Notes: generated by a model not told the origin, from the letters alone. A DNA stretch of 64,000 bases from Heterodontus francisci (GCF_036365525.1 NC_090393.1:26940190-27004189), one strand, 5' to 3'; numbered from the stretch's first letter, positions 1 through 14,135 are shown. Program-made: numbers and translations.

Positions 1-313
1 CCAAAATGATCTCTGATAAAAATTGTTCAGTGCTTATTAATGTGTTGTTTAATTATTAAGGAACATGTTATGACAAGCATCTCATGAAGGGAAGGGGTAA
101 AGGTTCATCTAGTATAATGAATAATAACTGGGAGAAGGTATTAAAATATGATTGGTCCCTTTTCTCATGCCAAGTTATAAGTTTTATTGTAGTATTATGA
201 CATTTCCTTAAGTCTTCAGTTGCTCCTGCAGCAAGTGCACAAACTCCATAATCGCAGCTGGTATTTATATTTCTTAAATGAATCATTGGCTGAACTATTG
301 ATCTGTTTTCCAG

Positions 314-413
314 AAACGTCGTCGTCCAACTCTTGGCCTACAGCTGGATGATAAACGCAGAGAAATGTTAAAACGGCACCCTCTGTCTGTTACTTTAGAC
401 CTGAAATACAAAG
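314..413 (+). CDS. THOC5: THO complex subunit 5, internal coding exon (first in window; gene starts upstream)
   Basis: ttttccag acceptor, gttag donor; encodes [33 protein letters not shown], matching vertebrate THOC5/FMIP; 100 bp, ends phase 1. Confidence 0.96.
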
Positions 414-1089
414 GTTAGAATTGACTTGTCTACCACCCCGCCCCCCCCCCGCAATCATCAAACAATATTACTGACAACAAGGCCTGCTGCTTTCCCTTCA
501 CATTATCTAAAGTCACAGAAACCAGTTGTGCAAATACCAAAGGCAAAACAGGTTATGTGAAATCAAAACTGCTGTTTGTCCTTAATGTACTATCTCTATA
601 GCTTTTTGGTGTGCTATTATCTTCAAACAGGAGTTGGTGCCTGTGTGTGTAAGAATGGAACTGCATCAAAGTTTTATGTGCTAGATAAATACTGTGCTGA
701 AAATTTTAAAGACCTGTAGCTCACATCTATTTCAAAAATTTGGATTCCTCTGGTATTATATTGAAATTGACACAATATATAGCAAACCAAAGATTTTTTT
801 TAAAATCTTTAAGTTTTGCATTATTTGTGGAATTTGTAATTCTTTGTAGTTTAGCATCTTAATGCATGCCTAGTTATTTCCTATTGCAGGAATTGAAGTC
901 TTCAGTGAAACATCACGTATTACTGAACACTTGTGATATTGGATACTTTCAGATGATAATATTACAACCCTACTTGTGTTCTTTAATATTTTTTCAAGCA
1001 TTCCTGCTTTCATCAAGTGTATGCTGAAGTACCCATTGATCAGATTTATAGTTTGTTTCTAATTTTGAGTTATCTTCCTCTTTTGGTAG

Positions 1090-1198
1090 ATGGCAGTGTC
1101 CTTCATCTTTACTTCTACTATTTGATGAACCTCAATATAATGACTGTCAAGACTAAAGTGACCACAGCTACTGAAATGTCCATAGCTATCAGTGCAGG
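1090..1198 (+). CDS. THOC5: THOC5 coding exon
   Basis: tag acceptor, gtaag donor; (D)[36 protein letters not shown]; phase 1->2. Confidence 0.96.
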
Positions 1199-1542
1199 GT
1201 AAGGGCTGAGGAGAGCAAAACCTAAATATTGTGCCTGTGTTTATTTAAGTCCTTTTGGTTATAGCATTGGCTTGCATAAATAGAGTTGAGTGCTAAGAAT
1301 TCCAGCTCCCAGGGACTACTACTCATCTATGAGCAAAGCTTAGTTGGTCTATAATTAGCAATACTCTACAGACCTACCTGCCTTAGACAAATTGCAACCA
1401 AAATGGGATGGAAATTGCACTGGTTTGGTTGCAGTTCACATTTCTGATATAAAAAAATTATTTGCATAATCAGAAATGTAAAATCTTCTATGAACCAGCA
1501 CAATCGGGCGGCATAATATAACGTCGTTTCTTACCATTACAA

Positions 1543-1860
1543 TGGGGCTGTCCAACCTTTTCGCATGGGGCGGGCCACGTTACAATTTTTGGCCTACATA
1601 GGGGGCCGGGGAGAGAATTTCAGAAAGATAAAGAAATTAAAAATTTATCTTGATATTAATCAAAACAATAACAAACATGCATTTTTGTGAAGAAGCTTTA
1701 AATGAGAAGACTGATTTATTGACTTACTCTCTCATCACTATGTTGAACACTGATTTAGTGACACATCTGGCAGTGTTTTTGCTTGCATAAGTACTCAATC
1801 TCTACCCACACACTTGATGTAGCGATGCGGAGTATTCTGGATACTGTTAGGAGTGATCTT
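1543..1860. mobile_element. hAT (Charlie-like) non-autonomous DNA transposon fragment
   Basis: starts ggggctgtccaaccttttc, resembling CAGGGGTGTCCAACCTTTT hAT ends; other end not found. Confidence 0.4.
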
Positions 1861-1867
1861 GATCTCT

Positions 1868-2047
1868 TACTCTCCCCGCTCTCTCTCTCCCTCCCCTCTC
1901 TGCATCTATCTCTCTCCCCTCTCTCTCTCTCTCTTTCTTTGTCTCTCTCTCTCACCCCTCAATTTGAAGAGCCTTCCCTAACCAGCACAGACTCGGTGGG
2001 CCGAAGGGCCTGTTTCAGTGCTGTATCTCTAAACTAAACTAAACTAA
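1868..2047 (+). repeat. (CT)n microsatellite followed by HE1/HER1 3' tail
   Basis: CT-rich run, then gcacagactcggtgggccgaagggcctgtttcagtgctgtatctc(taaac)n, the same tail as the SINE at 9248-9591. Confidence 0.75.
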
Positions 2048-2646
2048 ATCAGCAGAATCTCTCAATTTTGGCCTGGGGTAGTGACCAGTATTGTGGTTGG
2101 GGCCTGATCCGAGCGAACTGAATCTTAAACCAGCATAAAAGATCACGGAAAAGATGAACATGGGTGATTTTGGGTGTAACCCGCGTTTAAAACTCCCCAA
2201 TTTTTTACGCTGGTTCAGCCAATTCTGCCCAAATTGCCTTGATATTATTGGCGTAAACAAACGAAAACTGTACACCCAGATTGCAGAGTCTATCACATTT
2301 CTGTTGTCAGGCATGTTATCTTGGACCTAACCTGACCTGAAACAGACCCTACTTACCACCCCTTCGAGGACAATTGTCACTGATCATTAGATAATTATGG
2401 GTTTGAGCATTTAAGAGACAAATAGCAAAATTCATAAAATGTGAGGGCACTATGACCATTCTTCTCATTTAATTTTAAGAGGCTTTTATGATGCACAGGA
2501 ATATCTGGCTTGCCTTGGATCTAAGTCCTAATTACAAAAGAAATTATATTTTATTTAAAACATATTAATTACTGTTCATTTTTTCTAAACAACTTAGTAA
2601 TGGCTTCATGCTCTGTTTATTTTTTTTTAATCTTTTGCAAATGCAG

Positions 2647-2748
2647 AGATCTATTGTCTCCAGCCTCATTACTGAGTTGCCTGTACCCTGGAGACCATGG
2701 CAAGAAGACTCCAAATCCTGCTAATCACTATCAGTTTGATAAAGTTGG
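2647..2748 (+). CDS. THOC5: THOC5 coding exon
   Basis: cag acceptor, gtaag donor; [34 protein letters not shown]; phase 2->2. Confidence 0.96.
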
Positions 2749-3189
2749 GTAAGTATTTTCTTTCTTTACCTTTCGCTACCATAAGCTAAAGTATGTCAAT
2801 TAAACAGCATCTCAATATCACAAATTTGTTGGAAATGTGTAGTACTCATTGAAGTATTCTTTCTGAATTACTTTGCTTGGTGACTGTGTTAGCGATGCTG
2901 TGGCAGGATTCATTCATAGGTTTCTCTAGGTGGATGAGCAAAAATAGGCTGAATGGCCTTCCTCATCTGTCTAGTTTGTGTCTAGTTAGCTAGCAGAGGT
3001 AGGTATTTATCCTATCAGCTTGCACTGGATTAAAGTCAGATTCCAGAGATGAAATGATCGTATGCTAAGCCTTTGCCTCTAGTTTCCAAAATCTGTGTTT
3101 TAGCAAGGAAAATCTGACCTAAGAACATAAATTAGAGTCCAGATATTCTGATATTATATATCTATATATTGATCTTTTTTTCCCCCTAG

Positions 3190-3286
3190 AATCTTAACTT
3201 TCAGTGACTACATTGGAGAGCTGGGGCACCCCTATGTTTGGGTTCAAAAGCTTGGAGGACTGCATTTTCCAAAGGATCAGCCACAG
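3190..3286 (+). CDS. THOC5: THOC5 coding exon
   Basis: polypyrimidine tract + tag acceptor, gtgat donor; [32 protein letters not shown]; phase 2->0. Confidence 0.96.
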
Positions 3287-3989
3287 GTGATGTTTTGCAA
3301 TTTAGAGAGGTGTTCATTAAAATGTTGGTGGAATGTTGCTCACTTAATGCCAAGATTTTGTTTGCCTTAAGTTAAAACATGGAGAGGAGTTTTTTTGATG
3401 TGGGAGGGAAGAGGCACCAAGCAGAAAGACCATGTTCTATCTAACGTTCAAATTATTGTGAAGAGATTGTTTTTTCTGTATGGATTCACTTAAGAAACAG
3501 TAAACAACCTGTGTTCTTTAAGTGGCCATGGTTTGTCCATCTGCCATTGAGCAATTTTATATTAAACCTCCTTTAGTCATGGCAGATAGGGTGTTGTACC
3601 AGCTCCATTAGATAATAAACGCTGGGCCACCACCTCTACTATCAGCTACAGTGGATCTTGGCTTTTGACTTTTTATTTTACTGTTTGATATGGGAGACTA
3701 ATTATAGCGAATTCTGTAACACAATGAGCAAAATACATGACTGCTATATGAGGGAGGGCGGTATAATTGTTAGTGATCAAGATTTATTTGTCAACATAAA
3801 TTATGTTGTAATAGCAAGCAGCTATTCTCAGGATGACTTGTATGATTGAAACTTTGTAGTAAAGAGTGACCACACTACTGTGAAATCGTCTTACATATAG
3901 TAAAACTTCCACTTCTCATCCAGCAAATGATTTTGTTGGAGAAAGTCATTTGTATATAGTGCCTTTCTTATTTCTTCCTGGGGTATGGT

Positions 3990-5015
3990 GATTAGTTGAG
4001 ACGTTGGAAATAGAATTAGGGGTAAAGGAAATGTACTGTGACTGGAGGTATGTAACAAGTGGTGTTCCCAGGGATCTGAACTGAGGCCTCAGCTTTTCAC
4101 CATAGATATCAATGACTTGCATGAAGGATTAGAGAGTTCTATATCCATGTTTGCAGATAACACCTAGTTCGGAGGCACAGTAAGTTGTGCAGATGAGAGC
4201 AGGAAGTTGCAAAGGGACATAGATTAAGTAAATGCAAAACTATGGCAGTTGAAGTTAACTGTGACGTTTGGATCTGACAAAGGCAAATCATAATATTTTC
4301 TTAATGGGGTGAGACTAGGAACTATGGAGGAGCAGAGAGATTTGGGTGTCTACATAAACAAAACATTAAAAGCTAGTACCTGAAGCGCAAGTACATAATG
4401 GAATAATGGCCTTTATCTCAAGGGGACTGGAATAAAAAGGGGAGGAAGTTATGCTTCAGTTATAAAGTGCCTTTTTCAGAGACCCCATCTGGAGTACTGC
4501 ATTCAGTTTTGGGCATCGCCTCTTAGGAAGGCTATATTGTCCTTGGAGGGTACACATTAGATTTGCCAGAATGATACTAGGGCTTAAAAAGTTAAGTTAT
4601 GAAGACAAGCTGCATAAATTTGACCTGTATTCCCTTGAGTTTGAGAATTGAGGAGTGATCAAATTGAGGTCTTGATGAAGGGATTTGATAGGATAGATAC
4701 AGAGAAACTATTTCCTCTGGTGGGGAATCCAGAACAAAAGTGTGCAATCTTATTCTCAGAACAAGGCCATTTAGGAATGAAATCACAAAGTACTTTGTCA
4801 CACAAGGGTAGGTAGTGGTAATTTGGAATACCTTTCTCTAAAAGGCTGTGGATACTCGATCAATTGAAATTTTCAAGACTTAGATCGAAAGATTTTTGGT
4901 AGGAAGGGATATCCAAGGATACAAAGCCAGGTCCATGGAGTTGAGGTACAGCCATGATCTGATTAAATGTTGGCATAGGTTTAACATGTTGAGTGACCTA
5001 CTCCTGCTCCTATAT
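3990..5015 (+). mobile_element. Degraded CR1 (HER1-like) LINE, 3' part
   Basis: decayed RT motifs (GVPQGS, FADN, HLEYCIQFW) and ctactcctgctcct tail; many stops. Confidence 0.8.
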
Positions 5016-5307
5016 TTTCTACTGGCAGGGTCGTCTTTATTGCTAATCCCTCATCGTTTTGAGGGCATTAACGAGGACTGGTCATGTGTAGGGCAGATCT
5101 GAGTAGAGATAGCAGGTTTCTTTCACTGAAGGTCATTAGTGAACAATTGTGTTTATGGAATTCAGTGAGTTTTCTGCATGACAATGTACGCCATTATAAA
5201 TTTTGAGAATGTTGTAAATTATTCTACAAAATTATGTTTTTGGAATATACTCCAAGATTGTTCTGCATTGAGTTTTTGTACTTTTTTTGTTTCTGCCCTT
5301 CTGACAG

Positions 5308-5422
5308 AAATTTGTGATGGCTGACAATTCTTTGAGTGCCAGTCACATGGAAACTACAATAAAACTGCTGCGTGTGAGGTTGCAGTCCCGACTGGCTCTG
5401 CAGAAGCAGTTCGCTTCACTTG
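5308..5422 (+). CDS. THOC5: THOC5 coding exon
   Basis: cag acceptor, gtgagt donor; [38 protein letters not shown]; phase 0->1. Confidence 0.96.
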
Positions 5423-5935
5423 GTGAGTATCAGTAATTAGTTTCCTTTTCCAAGCTCTTAGGGACCGTGATATAATATGAGGTCCTCGTACTGATCAGGT
5501 AGAGTAGTGCCACAGCAAAGGCTGGGGCAACTATTGATTATGTAGTTTTCTAGCTTGTCATTTTTGTGAGGGTAGAAATTTTATTTTTTACCTAGTTTTC
5601 TGACTGCACATATCCTGCATTCTAACTGAGAGGGTGTCCCGCTCACAGTGCCATTCTGGGATAGCCTGTATGAGACGTGAACACAGGGCATTGTTTTCTT
5701 CATTGTTCCTTGATTGGTTGTTTTATTGTTGAGTTGTACTGTTCTGTGCATCTGTTCAGCATTTCACCAAGGGTAACATGGCTCTCACCCATGTGCTATG
5801 CAGCTATAGCTTGTTCTTGTTATCTCGGAAGTTTTCCTTAGCTAGGATCTTGCGTTCAGATTCCACTTCCTATTACTGCCTTCACTGGACTTTTCTCTGC
5901 TTTTACTTGGTAGTAATTGTATTTTTGATTTCCTG

Positions 5936-6908
5936 TGTTTCAACCGAGGTGGGAGCAATGCACTGTCAATTCAGTCCCATCACTCCACAGGTTGCAGCAT
6001 ATTATTAAAGTTTTCCCACCCAACCAGAAAACAGCCAAATTAAGACTCTAGTAACCCCCAGAATAAAATAGACCCAAACCAGGTATCTTTAGACAACAAC
6101 AAATTAACTATTTATCAAAACTAAATCTTAAACACGATTAGGATAAACTTATGTCTAAAGACCTTTTAACTTATTTTAAGCTAACTCCCCCATTCTCACA
6201 CACACAAAAATCGACAGTTAACCGGTTTTTAAAAAGATTGATGTTTTAAAAATAAGCTGTTTCTTAAGAATAAATAACTGGGTTGTTAGTCTTTGTGAGT
6301 TACGTTCCTGATGGGTGAGCTGTCCTAGTGTAAAAATAATCAAATGCCACTCGAAGTCTTCACACCGATTTGATGAAATAGTCCTTCAATAGATAGGCAT
6401 TCAAAACACTTCGGCTCCAGCAGGGGTCACACAGTTCTTTCAACGATGAGCACAGCGATATGTCTGCTTGCGTTTTTAAAAATCGGCAGTCTTTTGATAA
6501 AAACTTTACTGCGAATTCCAGAAACCACAATCAGTCAAGAGAGAGTCAATCTTGACGCAAGGACTCTTAGATTGGAAGTAAAGAAAGGAAATTTTGCTAC
6601 CTCCGATGCAAATGGTCTCTTCAAAGGGATTTTTCCTCCTTAGGCAATTAACATGGCCTGTAGCTCATTGTAGAATTTCTGCTGAGAGAAAAAGACAGCT
6701 CTTTCCTTCAGTAAGCACACTTCGCTGGTGTCTCTCAAAAACTGTTGTAGCTGTTTTTTTTCCACACAGTTAAATTGAACCATTATGCCATGTGACCTCC
6801 TCATTCTCCTGCTGTTGCCTGGGTAACAAATGCAGCACACTGTTTTTAAACAGAGTCTTAAAGGCACACTGTTTCAAACAAAGGAGAAAAAAATGCATTT
6901 CCATGACA
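5936..6908 (-). mobile_element. Solo LTR (Gypsy/ERV-like) in a THOC5 intron
   Basis: TG...CA termini (tgtttcaacc ... ccatgaca) with perfect 4-bp TSD CCTG at 5932-5935 and 6909-6912. Confidence 0.8.
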
Positions 6909-7415
6909 CCTGGTAAATTGGGAATCTTGTTAACCAACCTGGGTGGGTGTGTGTCATGTTCCTTTTACACGTCCCATGTCCACTTAGAACATTTGTCATG
7001 AACTGTTTTCGATGGACATACTAATTGCAGAACATAAAAAATGAGCTAGAGCCGATGTTTGAATCATTTACTACATTTTTCTAAATTGACTGGCTCATAA
7101 CTGGAGAAGATGTAAAAGATTAGAAAATCTTTTATACCCATCCTTCAATTTGTGTGTCTTTTTACGCCTCTATGACTCTATGAATGTTAAGATTAATAAA
7201 TATGAAATGCATTGCTGCTGTTTTCTTACTGGAATCCAAATATCGAAAAGTCAACTGTGTTGGTGCTTATTGAGGAGTTTGAGAAAATCTGAAAACTTTG
7301 CTAATACGGTTCAATGCTTTCCTGGTTTTGTTTTATTTCATTGATAAATTTGTGATTCAGAGGCAAGATTTTCCTATTTTGGATCTTCAAGTGCTGATAA
7401 ATTATTCTTTTATAG

Positions 7416-7519
7416 AACACAGTATTGTGCCAATATCCAGTGAATGTCAACATCTTTTCCCAGTGAAGATCATATCTAGATTGATAAAATGGTGTGCCAT
7501 TTCATATGAAGACTATGTG
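7416..7519 (+). CDS. THOC5: THOC5 coding exon
   Basis: tag acceptor, gtatg donor; EHSIVPISSECQHLFPVKIISRLIKWCAISYEDYV; phase 1->0. Confidence 0.95.
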
Positions 7520-8519
7520 GTATGTGTGTGTTTTTTTCCTACATTATTTCTGCCATCTCTTCCTCTTAATATTCTTATTCTTTCTGTGATGACTGCACTT
7601 CCTGGTGTAGCTGTGAGGGTCAGTGTGCTTTGCTCTAGACTTAACTGATCAGTATCATCATCGAGTGTAATGCTCTTCCCTCAGAGTGACTAGCTCCTCA
7701 GTTGCAATAGTCATACTACAGTGTGACCTGTCACATTGACTTTCATGCTTTTTTGACAGCTGACAACTGAGTACCTCCGAACAGTTGTCCTAAGGGTGGC
7801 ATAAGCAGAGGTCTAGGAACAAAACTTATATTCCTCATCTTTAGTGTGGTGAATCTAGAGTTTAAAGGCCAAGGGAGAAAACAGCCAGATATAATGACAC
7901 AAAATCTGGTTTGTACTGTAGTTTTCAAAGCATTAAATTTTAGTTTATATTCAATCAATGTTTTTCATTCATGTTGTTCTACATAATTAATAAACAGTGC
8001 CAAGGCCCTTCCATCGTGATACAGCCAGAAACCCCAAAATGTGACCTAAGGACTGAATCGGTATGTCATGTAGTATACAATGTATTATTCTGCTGCTCAG
8101 TGAGAGCTATGTTCGTCCCGGCCTGTGCTTTTAAGAAAATAATGTTTGGCATATGCCAGTCTAAATTAGAGGCTAATTGCAGGTAAGCATATTACAGTTT
8201 ACAAAACTAAGATGATAGATGGAGTTAAGATGCAAATCAGCCATGATCTAATTGAATAGCGAAACAGACTGAAGGTGCTGAATGACCTACTCCTTTTACT
8301 ACATTCCAACATTACTGAGCTAAATTAGTGGCTAATTACTGTTACTGAGAGAAGATTGGATTAGCAAAAGAATTAGAAAAGAAAACCAAGAAAGAGAGAA
8401 ACAGAAGAGGACATTGGGAGAATCTGAAAGGACAGGCAAAAAGAGAGAAAATTCTCTCTTAAAATGAAAGTCATTAATAAATCCACTAATGAAAGCAGGA
8501 GAAACTTTACTCACTTTTT

Positions 8520-10020
8520 TTAGTTCATTCTTGGGATTTGGGCATCGCTGGCAAAGCCAGCATTTATTACCCATCCCTATTTGCCCTCTGGAAGGTGGTG
8601 GTGAGTCCCCTTATTGAAGCGCTGCAGTCTATGTGGTGAAGGTAATCCCACATGCTGTTGGGGAGGGAGTTCCAGGATTTTGACCTAGTGAAGATGAAGG
8701 AACAGAATTATAGTTCCAAGTCAGGATGCTGTGTGGCTTGGAGGGGAACTTGCAAATGGTGGTGTTCCCGTGCGTCTACTGCCTTTATCCATCTAGGCAG
8801 TGAAGGTTGTGGGTTTGGAAGGTGCTGTCGAAGAAGCCTTGGTAAGTTGCTGCAGTGCATCTTGTAGATGATGTCCACTGCAGCCAAAGTGCACGAGTGT
8901 TGGAGGGAGTAGATGTTTATGGTGGTGGATGGGGTGCCAGTCAAATGGCTGTTTTGATTTTGGATGATGTTGAGCTTCTTGGCTGTTAACGGAGCTGCAC
9001 TCATCAAGACAAATGGGGAGTATTCCATCACACTTCTGACTTGTGCATTGCAGATGATATAAAGTCAGGAGGTGAGTCACTCGCTGCAGAATAACTAGCC
9101 TCTGACCTGCTCTTGTAACCACAATATTAATGTGTCTGGTCCAGTTCCGTTTCTGGTCAATGGTAACTCCCAGGATGTTGAAGATGGGTGATTCAGTGAT
9201 GGTAATGTAATTGAATGTCAAGGGGAGGTGATTACAGATTCTCCCAAGGGGCGGCGCAGTGGTTATCACTGCAGCCTCACAGCTGCAGCGACCTGGGGTC
9301 AGTTCTGGGTACTGCCTGTGCGGAGTTTGCAAGTTCTCCCTGTGTCTGCGTGGGTTTCCGCTGGGTGCTCCGGTTTCCTCCCACAGCCAAAAACTTACAG
9401 ATTGATAGGTAAATTGGCCATTGTAAATTGCCCCTCGTGTAGGTAGGTGGTAGGAGAATGGTGGGGATGTGGTAGAGAATATGGGGTTAATGTAGGATTA
9501 GTATAAGTGGGTGGTTGTTGGTAGGCACAGACTCAGTGGGCCAAAGGGCCTGTTTCAGTGCTGTATCTCTAAATAAAAAAATAAATAAATACACCCTCTC
9601 TCTCTGGTTGGAATTGGTCATTGCTTAGCACTTGTGTGGCACAAATGTTACTTGCCACTTATCAGCCCAAGCACGGATGTTGTCCAGGGCTTGATGCACG
9701 CGAACATGGACAGCTTCATTATCTGAGGAGTTGCATGTGGAACTGAGCACTGTGCAATCATCAGCAGACATCTTAATCTCTGGCCTTATGATGGAGGAAG
9801 GTCATTGATGAAGGATTTGACGATGGTTGGGCCTAGGACACTGCCTTGAGGAACTCCTGTAGCAATATCCAGAGACTGAGATGATTGGCCTTCAACAACC
9901 ACAACAATCTTCCTTTGTTCTAGGTATGACTTCAGCCAATAAGGAGTTTTCCCCCAGTTGACTTCAATTTTAGTTGGGTTCATTGATGCCACATTCAGTC
10001 AAATGCTGCCTTGATTTCAG
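8520..10020 (-). mobile_element. CR1-group (Zenon/T1-like) LINE 3' portion, interrupted by an HE1 SINE
   Basis: [27 protein letters not shown] and MEYSP fragments; same 3' end as the copies ending near 20457, 32750 and 52670. Confidence 0.8.
9248..9591 (+). mobile_element. HE1 SINE (tRNA-derived V-SINE of elasmobranchs)
   Basis: tRNA-like head, V-domain core (gtgcggagtttgcaagttctccctgtgtctgcgtgggtttcc...ggtttcctcccacag), HER1-like tail and A-rich end. Confidence 0.88.
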
Positions 10021-10256
10021 CATCTCGAGTGAGATGAAGAAAGATTGGAGGAAGCTCGTATGGAGTATAAACATTGGCAAAGACCAGTTGGGCTAAGTGA
10101 CCTGTTCCTGTGCTGTAATCTCTTTGTAATTCTTTTATTGTTACTGTTCAGACAATTTAAGAAGTCAGGTTTTACATAAGTGTTGTGTATGGTCTTATTG
10201 AATCTGTTCTTTTAAGTTTAGAAGCTGAAGAATTAATCTCTTGATTGCTGTCTTAG

Positions 10257-10344
10257 GCTCTGCCTTTTACCAAGCATGTCATAGAAGCAGACATGGCTCA
10301 AGAGACAGACCTCTTCTTTTCAGCTTTGATAGAACGAGGAACAG
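10257..10344 (+). CDS. THOC5: THOC5 coding exon
   Basis: tag acceptor, gtagg donor; ALPFTKHVIEADMAQETDLFFSALIERGT; phase 0->1. Confidence 0.93.
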
Positions 10345-11102
10345 GTAGGAGCCAAGTCCCTTTAAAACTGGTTACAGCTGCAGTTATAAGTCTTTATTGT
10401 AGCATAACCACCTTATAAACGATTGACACAATGAGCATTTTTGCACTTATATAAATGAAGTTATGATTTAAATAATCTAGTATAATTTGCAATTTTCCAA
10501 TAATTCTTGCTTTGAAATTCCAAAGTAATCTCTTACAGGGTATATTGTAGTGATCTTGTTACTTTGGAGTAACCTGACAATTGCTTCGCAGTTTTCAAGG
10601 AACCTCCAGCCCTACATTGAACTGTACCGCTACATTTAATTTAACACAAGCAAATGTGCACTTTTTTGGGTCAAAAATAAATCTGAGAGCTCTAGGTTTA
10701 ATCAAACAAACAATTCTGCAGAGAAGGAATTGTTTAGTCAGAAATACAGCTGTCTTTACAATGCATGATGCCAACAGGAGCTAGCATTCATCCTCAGTGA
10801 CCCCTCCTTACTTGGAATAATTAATATTTTAATCTGTTTCATTTTTTTCCCTGAAAGAAGAAACTTATTTCTTCAGAAATCATTCCTAATTGACGCATTG
10901 TGGATATTTTGAGCATTGTGTGAGCTCAAATGTATTGGTCGCTTAGCTTTGTCAAATGCTAGTACTCCCTATGACTATTTAATTGTAAATAAATATCCTG
11001 CTTTAGCCTGGATAAATTACAGCCTGTGTTAAATATCTAACAACTCAAAAAATTTGTAACATACAGCAAAAATACTGCTAATTGAAATGGCTGCAAACAT
11101 AC

Positions 11103-11466
11103 AAGATTCTGAAGGGGCTTGACAGAGTAGAAACTGAGAGGTTGTTTCCCCTGGCTGTGGAGTATAGAACACAGGGGCACAGTCTCAGGATAAAGGGCTG
11201 ATCGTTTAGGACTGAGATGATCAAAAATTACTTCACTCAAAGGGTTGTGAATCTTTGGAATTCTCTACCCCAGAGGGTTGTGGATACTGCATCGTTGAAT
11301 ATATTTAAGGCTGAGATAGACAGATTTTTGGTCTTGGGGAATCAAGGGATACGGGGAGCAGGCGGGAAGTGGAGTTGAAGCTGAAGATCAGCCAAGATCG
11401 AATTGAATGACGGAGCAGGCTCGACAGGCCGTATGATCTACTCCTGCTCCTGTTTATGTTCTTATG
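11103..11466 (+). mobile_element. CR1 LINE 3' fragment
   Basis: decayed NYFTQRVVNLWNSLP-type coding end plus ctactcctgctcctgtttatgttcttatg tail. Confidence 0.8.
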
Positions 11467-11745
11467 AGTACTTATTAGTGCTTAAGTTACTCACCTTTGT
11501 TAAGACCAGAATATCAGAAAGTTGCAGCCTCTGGTTCATAAAAGGCATGGGCCAATACAAGAACCACTGGTAAAGTATTGCAGGAGAAAATTATTCTATT
11601 AATAACTGCAAATTATAACACATGTAGCACTAGCACTGTAAAGTGCAAGAGTAAACAATTTTAAATTACAGTAGCAAGTGAGTTTGCCTTTGATTAAAAC
11701 AACGTCTGTGTTTACTTAATTTAAGTGTTCATTCTTTGCGCTTAG

Positions 11746-11861
11746 CTAAGCTCCATGTGGCGATAGTGTTGAATCCTGGTTATTCTACCATCCCCCCTAT
11801 CTTCAGCATCTGTTTAAGTTGGAAGGGAGAGAAATCAAGCCGTAATGATGATAATCTAAAG
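11746..11861 (+). CDS. THOC5: THOC5 coding exon
   Basis: tag acceptor, gtaaag donor; [39 protein letters not shown]; phase 1->0. Confidence 0.95.
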
Positions 11862-12369
11862 GTAAAGTGTTAAACTGCTAACTGTTATTTTAACGATATA
11901 GCAGACTGTCAAAGTCTTAATAGCGTACACTATATGGAGTTTCTCTGACACTTGAATACTGTACCAATTAAAAATCTGAATGCATATTTCTTTATTTCTT
12001 TCCCCCAGTGTTCCTGAAATCAGTTGATTTCTTGTCCTGTTGCTGCTACGCACTTAAAGCTTTAAAATTCCAATTAAAGTTAATTGTTTTATATGTTTTA
12101 TGTAATTTATATAGTCCACGTTGGTTATGTTCTACAAAGTCATTGTACATTTTCAAAACTTTATTGTTCAGTGGTCAAGGACTATGTGAATTGGTACCAC
12201 ACATAGCTGTCTGGAAAATAATTTGTACATGAATATGCAGTAATTTAGTTATCAGAGTAGTCATATCAGTCTTATGTCTTACCTTGCATTTATTATGTTC
12301 ATACCTCTAAAGTATTACGAGGGACAAAAGATTTGCACACATAACCTCTCCTTATTAAGTTTGCTGATT

Positions 12370-13101
12370 AGTTCTGTCTCTTTCCCTGGCCACTGTCACA
12401 GGTTGAACCAAACTGTTCACAATCTCAGCTACCTTTCAATCGGAGCTGAGCACCCGATAATCTCTTCACCACCTACTTCCATCTCATTAACTTTGCCTGC
12501 TTCCACCCCTACATCAGCGCATCTGCTACTGCAACTCTTGTCCATACCTTTTTCACGTCAAGATTTAACTATTTCAATCCTCTCCTAGCTATCTTCCACC
12601 CTCTACAAACTTCAGCTTATCCCAAACTCTAGTACTCATATCCTAACCCACTCACTCATCACCCCTGTGCTCGCCAAACTTAATTAGCTCCCTGTCCACC
12701 AGCACCTCAATTTTAAAGCTCGCATCCTTGAGTTCAAATTTTCCATGGCCCCCCTCCTCCCTATCTCTGTAATGTCCTCCAGCCCTACAACACCCCCCCG
12801 CTCTCTTCCCCCCCCCCCCACCCCCCCGTCACTCTCCATTCGTCCAACTCTGACCACCTATACACCCCACCCCCTTGTCCTACTATTGGCGTTCATGACT
12901 TCAGCGATCTAGTTCCCATGCACTGCAGTTCCCTCCCTTAAATTCCTTCGCCTCTCCACCTCCCCCTCCTCCTTGAACACATCTTTTTGACCAACCTCTG
13001 CTAATGTCACTCTTTGGTTAGGTGTCCATTTTTTGTCTGATTGCTCCAATGTAAAGTACCTGGAGACATTTTTCTATGTAAAAGATGCTATATAATTGCA
13101 A
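12370..13101 (+). mobile_element. L2 LINE 3' fragment
   Basis: L2-type end (aaagatgctatataattgcaa); similar to 48110-49017. Confidence 0.7.
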
Positions 13102-14135
13102 AACCATGCGAGACACGTAGAATGCCCCAAATCAAAACATGGAGAAAGACAAAGCAAAAACAGTGTACAGAAAAGGAGGAGGGAGAGAAGTTCGGAGTGA
13201 AGTAAAGACGGTGAGGGCAACTGAAAGAATTAGAATATGGGAGTAAGTAGAGAATCTGTTTCCAAAAGACATGATATTCTTCCAATTGTTAATGAGCAGC
13301 ACAAAGGATTTACAATTATGTTTTATACATATGAATGCATTGTACAATTCATGATGAATTGTTCACATTATTATAAAACAGCATATCCTTCCAAGCTACC
13401 TTGAGCAGCACCACAGGAAATCTGATATTTTGTTCTATTTATCCTTCTTGCTGTTTTCAAAAAGCATAGGCCTTTCTGTTCAAAACTGAAAATTTTTGAA
13501 GTCTCTTTTGGCAAATATTATGAAGGAAAAAAATATAATTTTGATAGCGAAGTGTTACTGCTGCTTTGAGTGGACTCTGCAGACTGGACAGTTTCCTAGA
13601 ACTAAAATTCACCATCAACCTTAAAATTTGTGGCAACTGCACATTTCTGAAAGTGTGCTCCGCTGTTGACGAATAACTCAGGAAAAAAATCATACTTTTA
13701 GTCTTCACTGTATTTCTGTGAGATGGAGGAGAGGGGAAAGATTGCACCATAGTTGAGGTGTGCCTATTTTTACTGACCCATTAATACAGTGCAAGGTACA
13801 CTGCTGGCAGCAGATGTAGTAGGCAGTGGGTAGGGGTGATGATGAGGCCAGCCAGTCACAGTAGTGAAAACAGCAAGGGATGCAAATACATGGTATTTCT
13901 GTCAGCATCTGAAGAGAAGAAAATACTCTGGGTGTTGATGTTTATTAGAACAAGAAACTGCCTCTTATGAGATCACCCTATTTAAGAAGATTTACTAAAT
14001 GGGATGAATTAAAGCATTGTGCCTTGCCCAGTGAAAAATGTTCATATTTGTGTTTGTGATCACTATCTAAAACTTGTTCAGGGTGACTTTGATTATATAT
14101 ACTTTGACCATTTCTATGTGGATTATTTCTTTCAG

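Noticed and set aside
13351-13425. Intronic ATGATGA...CTGA resembling a C/D box snoRNA
   Set aside because: No convincing terminal stem, C'/D' boxes or recognisable rRNA guide; expected by chance in an AT-rich intron.
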